From NCBI GenBank assembly GCA_045105515.1, contig JBGCDR010000051.1, positions 1-64,000 on the forward strand: a DNA stretch of 64,000 nt, read 5' to 3'. A model generated the notes under the pieces. That model did no database searches. It was not told where the DNA came from and worked only from the letters and a program-made list of their open reading frames with translations. The position numbers and the translations under genes were made by a program. Within the stretch, counting starts at the first letter, position 1. The number at the start of each line of letters is the position of its first letter. Shown one piece after another: positions 49,542-58,237 of the stretch. The stretch is from Oligoflexales bacterium. Lineage in GTDB: Bacteria; Bdellovibrionota_B; Oligoflexia; Oligoflexales; Bog-1112.

Positions 49542-49602
49542 ATCGTGCAGAACGCTTAAGTTCAATTGGTTTGATAGCAGCATCGTTCATAGGTTCGCTA
49601 TA

Positions 49603-50601
49603 TTGATTCAAACTCGGTGTAAGTTTTGGCAATGCTTTATGCTTGTCAACTTTGGCCTCCTAGGTTCTAGCCTTCCTGGCAGAGGTGAGCAGTTAGTAAA
49701 AGGTGGGCAGAGTTTACCTATCGCCTCTGCGAGTATAAGTGACATCAAGAGCGTAGACATAGCACCCATCTTTTATAGCAATGTTGAACTGCGACACCAG
49801 CTAAATGCATATATTGAAAAATCGTCAGCAAGGCATAGTCGTCAAGATCCCAGTGTGCAGTTCCGAGCTCAGCTAGGATCTGTTTTGTACCAAGGAATTA
49901 TAGATTTATATTTGAATCTTTCAGCTGAAAAATTGCCTAAAAATCTTGCAGTGTATCAGCGAAGGCCCGAGCTAAATGCAAATGTCTATATGCTGAGATC
50001 CAAACACTTCAAAATAAGACAGTACAATATTTGGAGATTACCATTTTCACCCAATGATGAAGAGGCTGAAGAATACGAGACAAAATGGGATGAAGAGTTA
50101 GATCGTGAAGGAACAGTATATATCGTAGGCTTAAATCCTAGTGCAATGTTCAATTTTGATAGTTCATTTGCACATTGGGATGCTCATGCTGCGATTGATT
50201 TAAACTCAAGGTTGTATAGCAGAACCCAGTATACAGCCTATATAGATAGGAGAAATGGTGAGTTACGCATCATAGAGGATCATGTTCCGCGGCTCGGTAG
50301 TATTCAATCCTTAGGCGGATCTGTGTCGCCAAAAGCCTTGAATGGGCTAAAGATTGCAGGATCAATTTACTATCGTTCATTCTTTCTCCCTGTCTACTTT
50401 AAGACAAATGACCTTGGTGTACAGAATCGATATACAGCAGATCGTGCTAGTTATTATAGGCTGAGGTTCCAGTTTCAGCTAAATAAAAGAACTACTTTGA
50501 TCAACGACTTTATGCATTTTCATCAGGGTTTTTTTGCTGCTAAGAGAGTAGGTAGAGAAAAACGCTATAAAAATATTTTGAGACTTTCATGTGTTCTTTA
50601 A
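49603..50601 (+). CDS. Hypothetical exported protein, possibly beta-barrel
   Basis: Signal-like N-terminus and alternating aromatic beta-strand pattern. Confidence 0.55.
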   Translation: MIQTRCKFWQCFMLVNFGLLGSSLPGRGEQLVKGGQSLPIASASISDIKSVDIAPIFYSNVELRHQLNAYIEKSSARHSRQDPSVQFRAQLGSVLYQGIIDLYLNLSAEKLPKNLAVYQRRPELNANVYMLRSKHFKIRQYNIWRLPFSPNDEEAEEYETKWDEELDREGTVYIVGLNPSAMFNFDSSFAHWDAHAAIDLNSRLYSRTQYTAYIDRRNGELRIIEDHVPRLGSIQSLGGSVSPKALNGLKIAGSIYYRSFFLPVYFKTNDLGVQNRYTADRASYYRLRFQFQLNKRTTLINDFMHFHQGFFAAKRVGREKRYKNILRLSCVL

Positions 50602-50867
50602 AGGGTGAGTTACCTATCGCTAAGAATGATCGAATTTTTTTTTCTGCTCCTAGAGTTGTTTTATTTTTCAACTTAAACTCGTCTCATGCAAAGATTTATA
50701 AGATTGAAGGAGTCACTTTGTTTTTCGGTATGTGTCTTGGTCAACAGAGGAGTACTACCCATTAGCTTAGTAAGCTGTCAATCAGAAATCTGTTATTTTT
50801 TCTTCGTTCCAGTTCAATTAAATTCGTCCAAATTATTCCTGACTAAATTTAAAAAAAGGAGATCTGT

Positions 50868-51200
50868 GTGGAGATCAAAGCAAGAATTCTTGCAGATATG
50901 AAAACAGCAATGCAAAGTGGTGACTCTGTGCGAAGAGGGGTTACCCGCATGCTTCTAAGTGAATTAAAATATGCTGAAGCAGCAATGCACAATTGTGGAT
51001 CACTGAATGAGGAAATGGCAGTTAACATGATTATAGCCCACTATAAGAGGCTCCGTAGCTCTATAAGTATTCATCCGGATGGTAGCAATAAGCAGCTTTT
51101 ATTGGCACAAATGTCCATTGTTGCTGATTATCTTCCCAAAGACTTTTACGAAAATGATGATCGGGGAAACATGCCTTTGGAATTTTATCGAGCACTCTAA
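50868..51200 (+). CDS. GatB/YqeY domain protein (N-terminal domain only)
   Basis: IKARILADMKTAM..GD..R....RMLLSELK...YLPK pattern. Confidence 0.75.
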   Translation: MEIKARILADMKTAMQSGDSVRRGVTRMLLSELKYAEAAMHNCGSLNEEMAVNMIIAHYKRLRSSISIHPDGSNKQLLLAQMSIVADYLPKDFYENDDRGNMPLEFYRAL

Positions 51201-51353
51201 ATTTGCCACTGCCCAAAAGCATTCTTGTTGCCATTGTTGTACTTTATGAATTCTCTTGATCTAAATTGAATATCTTTGTTTTTCTTTGAATTTTATTTTC
51301 CGATTAATCTCTTTTTGGCAGGACAGAGGTTAATTTGATTTTCATTCGAGCCG

Positions 51354-53885
51354 ATGTATCGATGGGAGATGCTGATTGCGTATCGGTGGCTTATAAACAT
51401 TGCGTATTGGTTTGAAGCTATGATAGGAAACCCTAAATACAGACGAATTTACCTTCTTATGAAAGGGATTTATTTGGATTTTAGCAGAGGGTTTAGGTTT
51501 TTCTTAAAGGGCCATATTGCTTGCTCTTTGGCCACGCTATTGGTTCCATTCTTGGCTCCCAGCCTCATAGAGGCGAAAGAAGTACAGCTTGAAGAAGTCT
51601 TGAGCCTACCGCCAATGTCTGTCCAGCAGATTATAGGCCGGTATGTAGACAAACGTACAGCACCGTCTTCGGCTTTGGGTGCCTCCAAGCTTCCACACAA
51701 AAACCTTAAAATTTTAAGGGCTGGTGAAGATTTCCAGATTTCTAGCTTACTTGGACAGGAATCTATGCCAGCAGGGATCTTGTTTAAATCTCTTGGAGAC
51801 GTTGACAAGCTCCCCGAAGAGCAGAAAATGCTGGCTGAATTGAGTAAGACTTCCCGTGAAGATGACTTTATTAAATCCAGTGTTTCTGAGTCGTTGAAGC
51901 ATGGAAATACACCGTCGCAACAAGTTTTGATTAGAGTTCAAGGTGAGCAAAAGGCCGTAGCAAGTAAGTTGCTAGAGATAGAGCAACCATCAAGCTCTGA
52001 AGAGCAGCTCGAGGTTTCTGAACAGTTAACTGGGGACATAGATGCAACTTCAGAGTTCTTGAGTTCTTATCTTGCTGGCCTTGGGAAAAATGATGATGCC
52101 TTGGCTCAGGATTCAGTCTCGCAAAAAGGAAAACGGCTTGTTGTACATATGCATGATGGACAGGCTGAAGTAGAGCCTAAAGAGATTTCTGGTACGGTAG
52201 GAGATATTTTCGAAGTAAGGGTGGCGAACAAGGAAAAGTTTAGCGAAGCTAAGCTGTTTGTTCGTAATCAGGATCTGCTGAGCTGGGACTCTCAAGCAAG
52301 AGAACTTCGAGCTGAGAAAAAGGGGCGCACAGAGGTATTTTTCTCCCTTGGTGATAAGATGCTCATCATACCTATTGATATCCATGCAGGTGAGGCAAAA
52401 AAGCTGTTATCAGACCTGTCAGCTCCTAGAAGCATGGTAGGCTTTGAATCTTTGGAAGTCCTTTCGGCAAAATCTGTTAGACAAAATGCAAGTCTTTCAG
52501 AAGAGCTTAAACTGACAGGAAACCTAGATATCCTTCCCTTTACACCTTTTGTACGCAATGATGGTGAATGGAAAATTAAGCCGGTTAAATCGTCTAGTCC
52601 ATACTTGGTAGACCTAGTTCCTGTTGAATATGATAAAATTCGTATCCAATTGATAGACGAACAATCAATACTAGTAAATAAGGAGCTGAGACCAGCTGCC
52701 GGTGTACAGCTCAAAATTATTGGAACTCAGTACTCTGAAGTGACCAATGCAAAAGGTATGGGATCTTTTATTAATGTTCCGCATGGATCTAGGTTTTTTA
52801 TAGAAACTTCAGATACCAGCCAATATTATGCACCAAGTATTGTTGAAGTCCATAGTCAAAACCAAAAAAGGGCGAGTGATCAACCCATTCGGATCAAGCT
52901 TATGCAGAGATCTCTCTTACATCATTTGCGGGCAATCCATGGAATTGAAGCTGATCCGTTTCAAGCTAGTTTGTGCGGTGTAGCCGTAGGAAGCGATAAG
53001 AATCCACTTGCTGGAGTGAATGCTTTTGCGAGGTATGATGCGAACTCTGGACAAGAGGCTATTTATTTTAGTGAGACAGGTTTCCCAGGTGAGGCTAAGG
53101 TGACCGGGTCTGATGGGAGGTTTTGCTTCTTGGCCCTTGATGAAGGTCCTATTGGAATTGAATTTTCTCAAGGGCAAGAGTACATAGGTTCTGTTTCTGT
53201 GAGTGTCTTTGCAGGAAAGCATTTGGAGCACACCTTCCCTGTGTTAGATAAACTAGAATTGAAGACCCATATCTCCTCTTTACCGGCCGCAAAGGACATC
53301 GATCTCTTACCTCCAAATGACTCTGACAATCACACCATGGTAGATATGGCTAACTTGTTGGCTGTCAGCGATGAATCTCTATTCCTTCAGCTTGATTTTG
53401 GATACCTAGCAGCAGTTGAGCCGCTTAATGTGCATAATGGCCGGAGCTGCTATGTGAATGAAAGTCCTGAGTTTGAGTATGCATATTACTGCTATGAGCA
53501 AAGTGAAAACGAAAATGAGCATGTGACATCACTTATTCCTAATGGATTTATCGATACCATATTTCAGAAATACAATATGTCGGTGGTGGATCCAGACTTA
53601 GGTCGTGTGCTTGTGGAGCATGGGTCTATGTTGGGACGAGAGCATGATTCTGAACTGGTTGTCATTGAGTTAATCGATAGCTTTGGAAATACAACTGAAA
53701 ATCGGGTTCATATTTCAGATAAGCCGACCACCCGAGCAGTGTTCTTAAATTTGAAACCTGGATCCTACACAGTTATTGCAAAAACTAGCCAAGGCTTTTG
53801 GTTGGATATGGACACAGTGACCGTATTTTCAGATACCACCTCATATTTGCGAACTGGAAGTCCAGTTAGGTACAAAAACAAGTAA
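51354..53885 (+). CDS. Large exported protein with carboxypeptidase-regulatory-like beta-sandwich repeats
   Basis: A signal peptide ending LIEA (true start probably downstream of 51354); repeated P.AGV...T...G.F.F..L..G patterns. Confidence 0.65.
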   Translation: MYRWEMLIAYRWLINIAYWFEAMIGNPKYRRIYLLMKGIYLDFSRGFRFFLKGHIACSLATLLVPFLAPSLIEAKEVQLEEVLSLPPMSVQQIIGRYVDKRTAPSSALGASKLPHKNLKILRAGEDFQISSLLGQESMPAGILFKSLGDVDKLPEEQKMLAELSKTSREDDFIKSSVSESLKHGNTPSQQVLIRVQGEQKAVASKLLEIEQPSSSEEQLEVSEQLTGDIDATSEFLSSYLAGLGKNDDALAQDSVSQKGKRLVVHMHDGQAEVEPKEISGTVGDIFEVRVANKEKFSEAKLFVRNQDLLSWDSQARELRAEKKGRTEVFFSLGDKMLIIPIDIHAGEAKKLLSDLSAPRSMVGFESLEVLSAKSVRQNASLSEELKLTGNLDILPFTPFVRNDGEWKIKPVKSSSPYLVDLVPVEYDKIRIQLIDEQSILVNKELRPAAGVQLKIIGTQYSEVTNAKGMGSFINVPHGSRFFIETSDTSQYYAPSIVEVHSQNQKRASDQPIRIKLMQRSLLHHLRAIHGIEADPFQASLCGVAVGSDKNPLAGVNAFARYDANSGQEAIYFSETGFPGEAKVTGSDGRFCFLALDEGPIGIEFSQGQEYIGSVSVSVFAGKHLEHTFPVLDKLELKTHISSLPAAKDIDLLPPNDSDNHTMVDMANLLAVSDESLFLQLDFGYLAAVEPLNVHNGRSCYVNESPEFEYAYYCYEQSENENEHVTSLIPNGFIDTIFQKYNMSVVDPDLGRVLVEHGSMLGREHDSELVVIELIDSFGNTTENRVHISDKPTTRAVFLNLKPGSYTVIAKTSQGFWLDMDTVTVFSDTTSYLRTGSPVRYKNK

Positions 53886-53912
53886 TCTACTTCAAGTTTA
53901 AATGAAGGTTGC

Positions 53913-53937
53913 TGAGCAGATATGTGCTCATTTTTTT
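53913..53937 (+). terminator. Intrinsic terminator
   Basis: TGAGCA-GATATG-TGCTCA followed by T7. Confidence 0.6.
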
Positions 53938-54670
53938 AGCTTGTTGGTATTGTTGCTGGGATTTTTAAAAGCTCTAGTTGCTCAAGAAAGCTTGCTTTAA
54001 CTTCAGGGTCCAACTCGATGATCTTTACCCCGTAGCCTGGAGCTTTTTTACCCTCTGATTTCTTTCGGGTCCAGGCAACTTTACCCAAACAGATGAGTTC
54101 TTTTATATCGCCATTTGCAAATTGCAACTCAGAGCGAATAAGGTCTCCAACTTCAGGAAGCTGCTCCTCACAGTGAATAAAAAAACCTGAATTGCCAAAG
54201 TTAATCAAATGCCCTGGATTGTTAAATTGTAGTTGATCAGATTTTAGCGTGATCATTTGCTTGTAAGCATTGGACGTCGTGTTACTTGCCCACCTTTTCG
54301 AACTTGGCATTAATAGATTTATTGCAGAGTGTAATATATCTTCTGGATCAAATGGTTTGGGAAAAATGTCATTAGCACCACGTTGGTATGCTTCATCATT
54401 TGAAATGTCTGCAAAGCCAGTAACAAAAATAAGTGGAATATGCTTTAATGAATTATTCTCTCGAATTTCTTGTAATAGTGAAAGACCATCTGCATCTGGC
54501 ATACGTATATCTGAGATGATAAGTCGTATATCTGCAGCTTTGAGGATCTCCATTGCAATATGACCATTGCCTGCTTCGAAGGCTGTAAATCCACTCTTTT
54601 TAAAGAAGTAGGCTAAAGTTTCTCGCAATTGTATGCTGTTGTCGACGATTAGAATATTGCAATTTTCCAT
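53936..54670 (-). CDS. Response regulator with C-terminal PilZ-like domain
   Basis: ILIVDN, ISDIRMP..DG, VTG, KPF receiver; then NFGNSGFF...GKVAW...GYGV. Confidence 0.88.
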   Translation of the reverse strand: MENCNILIVDNSIQLRETLAYFFKKSGFTAFEAGNGHIAMEILKAADIRLIISDIRMPDADGLSLLQEIRENNSLKHIPLIFVTGFADISNDEAYQRGANDIFPKPFDPEDILHSAINLLMPSSKRWASNTTSNAYKQMITLKSDQLQFNNPGHLINFGNSGFFIHCEEQLPEVGDLIRSELQFANGDIKELICLGKVAWTRKKSEGKKAPGYGVKIIELDPEVKASFLEQLELLKIPATIPTS

Positions 54671-54817
54671 TATAGAAACCCAATTTTTTGAAAAGATTTA
54701 CTTTTCTCCTTTATATGGAAAAAGTATCGGTATAGCTAATTTGGCTTTTAAATACAGGCATAAGATCTTTAAATTGAAAAGAAAAATGGCCTAGATTTTT
54801 TATTTATTGGCATGTTA

Positions 54818-54913
54818 GTGAGTCATCCCGAGCAAAGTCGGTGAGTCATCCCGAGCAAAGTCGAGGGATCTCAGGTGCTCTTAAGGAGGCCTCTCCATTG
54901 GAGTCGGGGTGAC
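54818..54913. repeat. Palindromic REP/RPE-like element with a 23-bp tandem duplication
   Basis: GTGAGTCATCCCGAGCAAAGTCG twice (54818-54840 and 54841-54863); element ends GTCATCCCGA...TCGGGGTGAC (9/10 complementary). Confidence 0.7.
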
Positions 54914-54935
54914 CAATGGGAATTTAATATTTAAC

Positions 54936-55697
54936 CTAGGGTATTAGATCACGAGCTGCTATGTCTGAAATCTGATATAAGCCTGGCTTTTGCTTCAATA
55001 TCCAATGTCCAAGTACGAGAGCCCCTTTTGCAAATAGGGTTCTAGAGTAAGCGCGATGAGAGATGGATATTTCTTCATGCTCTCCTAAGAAGCGTATCTT
55101 ATGCTCTCCAAATACCCCTCCACCTCTAGTAGCTTGGACCCCGATCTCTTTGTCATGGCGTATATTGTCACGTCCATACACTGGATTGAAGGAAGTTTCT
55201 TCTGCAAGCTGTTTTGCTAGGTAGACAGCTGTGCCACTAGGAGAGTCCTTCTTGTGCTTGTGGTGAGTCTCTTCTATTTCTAAGTCAAATCCGTGTCCGG
55301 TGCAGATACTCGCAATATTGAGAGCTGCTTGCAAACTTAGATAAATTCCTAGGCTCGTATTAGGAGCCAATAGGATATTATGAGAAAATTCGCTCGCAAG
55401 GTCTTTCCATCTGTTCAAATCTTCAGAGCTAATACCAGTGCTGCCAATAAGTATCGCCTTTTTTTCTAGTCGCTCATCAGCTAGCAAGTTGAGCAGAGCT
55501 TTGTTTCCATTTGCCCCGGAAAAATCTAAGACTAGATCTGCTTCTCCAACTCCTGAAACGTTTGTTTTTAAGCTTGTATCCTCTTCGGTGCCCCCTAAAA
55601 GGTTAATCTGCTTCTGGTGATGCGATAGGTCTTGAATTTCCTGACCCATCCTTCCAGAAATACCAAAGATCCAAAGATTTTTTTGTTCACTTTTCAT
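54936..55697 (-). CDS. dapB: 4-hydroxy-tetrahydrodipicolinate reductase
   Basis: GISGRMG, DFS, GSTG, ETHHKHKKDSPSGTA, RGG.V.GEH. Confidence 0.95.
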   Translation of the reverse strand: MKSEQKNLWIFGISGRMGQEIQDLSHHQKQINLLGGTEEDTSLKTNVSGVGEADLVLDFSGANGNKALLNLLADERLEKKAILIGSTGISSEDLNRWKDLASEFSHNILLAPNTSLGIYLSLQAALNIASICTGHGFDLEIEETHHKHKKDSPSGTAVYLAKQLAEETSFNPVYGRDNIRHDKEIGVQATRGGGVFGEHKIRFLGEHEEISISHRAYSRTLFAKGALVLGHWILKQKPGLYQISDIAARDLIP

Positions 55698-55701
55698 AGC
55701 A

Positions 55702-56643
55702 TTATCCTTTCAGGTCGAGCTGTGAAAGCAAGCGATCAGTTTGATCCATTTGTTCTTTCAAAATTGTTTCATGCTCTACACTGATAGGTGCTAGAGGTAG
55801 GCGAAGGGTGTTGGAACCAAATCCCTTGTAGTGCATACAGTATTTTAAGGGGCAAGGATTAGTTTCGACAAATAGTGCTTCCATAAGCGGAGCAAGCGTA
55901 TGATGAATTTTCATTGCAGTGCTTGTATCTCCAGAATTGAAGGCGCTTAAAAGGGCCTTCATAGCTGCAGGATAAATATTTGAAATAACGCTTATACATC
56001 CTTTTGCACCAATAGCTAGGCTTGGCAAAAAAGTTGGATCATCTCCTGAGAGAAATACTTGATTTGGGATGCTACCAATTGCTTTGGAGAAGAAATTGAG
56101 GTCCCCACTTGCTTCTTTTACAATGCTGACACGCTCTAACTCACATATTTTGCTAAGCTCACTATGCGAGAGCTTTTGAGCCGTTCTACCCGGGACATGG
56201 TACAGGCAAATGGGTAGCCCAACCTCGTTATTTATTGCTTGGAAATGTCCAAGGAGCCCCTGAATATTTGGCTTATTATAAGGTGGAGTGACGACAAGCA
56301 GTGAGTCAGCTCCTGCGTCTGCTGCTAGTTTAGAAAGTTCAACACTTTGTTTGGTACTTTGTCCACCTGTTCCGGCCATTACATGGATATTTCCAGACGT
56401 AAGGGCCTTAGCTTTGCGAATGAGGGAAAGCTTCTCTTGAACAGAAAGGGTTGGAGATTCGCCGGTGGTGCCTGCAATGACAACACCGTCAATTCCTCTG
56501 TTGACCTGATTTTCAATGATTGATTCAAAGGCTTGCCAGTCGATGGAGCCGTCTTTTTCAAACGGAGTTACAATAGCTGTAAAAATTCCCGAAAATGATT
56601 CAGGGAGATTCTTTACTCTGGCTGTTTGTTCTATTATTGTCAT
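55702..56643 (-). CDS. dapA: 4-hydroxy-tetrahydrodipicolinate synthase
   Basis: AIVTPF, GTTGESPTL, PPYNKP, YHVPGRT, KEASG, SGDD, ETNP.P.K. Confidence 0.95.
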   Translation of the reverse strand: MTIIEQTARVKNLPESFSGIFTAIVTPFEKDGSIDWQAFESIIENQVNRGIDGVVIAGTTGESPTLSVQEKLSLIRKAKALTSGNIHVMAGTGGQSTKQSVELSKLAADAGADSLLVVTPPYNKPNIQGLLGHFQAINNEVGLPICLYHVPGRTAQKLSHSELSKICELERVSIVKEASGDLNFFSKAIGSIPNQVFLSGDDPTFLPSLAIGAKGCISVISNIYPAAMKALLSAFNSGDTSTAMKIHHTLAPLMEALFVETNPCPLKYCMHYKGFGSNTLRLPLAPISVEHETILKEQMDQTDRLLSQLDLKG

Positions 56644-58120
56644 AGCTTTGCCTGATTTGGTTGTCTGAGCTTACATCTGGTCTAGAGTGTCTTGGTTCTT
56701 TTACTTTTTCAAGAGGGGATTGCAAGGGTTTTCCTGGATCTTCGTAGGATTTAAAGTTTAGTTCTTCATTGGGCGTTTGAGGACGGTAGTCAATAATATC
56801 GCTTTTCGGCGCACTTTTTATACCACAAGCAGCTACGAGCACTAAGACCAGGATGATTATTCCAATTTGTTCCAGTTGGTTCAAATAGTTTTTAAACCGT
56901 TCAGACAAGCAATTTGCTCGCTCAAGTGTCTTCTTTTTCTCACCTATTGCTACCTTAATATGGTCTTGTGAGGAGCAGAAATCTTTCAGCAATTTTAATG
57001 ATTTAGGTGTAAGTATATGGTTTATTTTGCCAAGCTCAGCTTCCAGCAATTCCGAGGGTTCGATAGTGTTTTTCTCCATGTAGGAAAACAGTTCTGCCGC
57101 AGCAGAATTGGCCGTCTTCGCTGGGGATCCTTCTGCAATTAAGTCTGATGTGATTCGCCTTTCCACATCTTTTCCTGGTTTAAAAGCAGCTCCTCCTGCA
57201 AAAGTATCTTTCTGATGTTCAGAAACCAGATCATAGAATGCCTTCTGTAATTTTCCAATGCTTGTTTGAATACAGCCTAAAGCATTGAGGAATATAATCC
57301 TTCTAATATCCCACGATAAGAGATGAGAGCTGCGCGTCAGCGGCTCTTGTCTGAGTTTTTGACATTCAGAATAAGCCCATTCGCACAAGACAGTTAAAGG
57401 AGGCTCATTTTCTAAAGGGGATTTTTGAGACATCTGCCAACTAATTTCTAAAGCAGCATCGAGGATAGGCTCAATACAATCTGCTATAGAGTAGCCAATT
57501 TTTTTATTGCTTAAGTGAGGGAAGGGGTCAAAACACAGCTTGCTAAATCCAAGAGCTTCACAGATTTGTTCATCAAGGGTGTATTCTGCTTCTTCACCTG
57601 CCGACATTGAATGGGGAAAATAGCTGCTGCACACCTTATCTAAGTTCCAGAGCTTCTGGCAGCAGTCATCAATTGTTTGTGCAAGCTGCAATAAAATGGA
57701 TGAATAAAGGCATCGCATTTCTGTGTCAGTTCCAGAATAGAGAACAAATCCTCGATTAAAGCAGCGTTTAGCGAGTGGTATTAATTGATCTCCCCACTCG
57801 CTAAGGTTTTGAATCAATCGATGCAAGCCAGGTCTCAGGGTGTAGCGAAAAACATTCGAACCGAGACGGTTTGAACCATAGCGTGAAAATAGTACATACA
57901 AGTACTCGGTATCTTGCTTAATGAGTGTTTGCAAAAGGGGGAGAACACGCTCATCCTCTCTGCTTTGGATGCTACTTAGCGCGACCCTAAGGTTGTCATT
58001 GTCCTTTAGACTTAGGTAACTATGCTTGTTAAACACACTCGCTGAAGTGGTTAGAAAGTCCACAATCAGTGCATTGTCGATGTGTTCGGAGAAATTAGAT
58101 TTTAGTGGGAGGATATCCAT
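56600..58120 (-). CDS. Degenerate argininosuccinate-lyase-fold protein fused to an LptM/YifL-like lipoprotein module
   Basis: The helical pattern aligns by eye to ArgH (..LDEQICEALGF..; ..DLIAEGSPAKTA..ELL.AELGKI..). The C-terminal IIILVLVLVAACGIKSAP is followed by a Pro-rich tail. Confidence 0.65.
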   Translation of the reverse strand: MDILPLKSNFSEHIDNALIVDFLTTSASVFNKHSYLSLKDNDNLRVALSSIQSREDERVLPLLQTLIKQDTEYLYVLFSRYGSNRLGSNVFRYTLRPGLHRLIQNLSEWGDQLIPLAKRCFNRGFVLYSGTDTEMRCLYSSILLQLAQTIDDCCQKLWNLDKVCSSYFPHSMSAGEEAEYTLDEQICEALGFSKLCFDPFPHLSNKKIGYSIADCIEPILDAALEISWQMSQKSPLENEPPLTVLCEWAYSECQKLRQEPLTRSSHLLSWDIRRIIFLNALGCIQTSIGKLQKAFYDLVSEHQKDTFAGGAAFKPGKDVERRITSDLIAEGSPAKTANSAAAELFSYMEKNTIEPSELLEAELGKINHILTPKSLKLLKDFCSSQDHIKVAIGEKKKTLERANCLSERFKNYLNQLEQIGIIILVLVLVAACGIKSAPKSDIIDYRPQTPNEELNFKSYEDPGKPLQSPLEKVKEPRHSRPDVSSDNQIRQSYDNNRTNSQSKESP

Positions 58121-58237
58121 AGCACACCTTCTATTTAAATGGAAAAACCAGTTAAATTATAGCATGCTATTTGGAGATCGAAATTTGGATTTCTGTTATG
58201 CCCCAATCTTGGAAGAACGCTGGGGCAACTTTTGTAT

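Noticed and set aside
54818..54863. Direct repeat considered as a mini-CRISPR
   Set aside because: There are two abutting copies with no spacer and no cas genes in the window.
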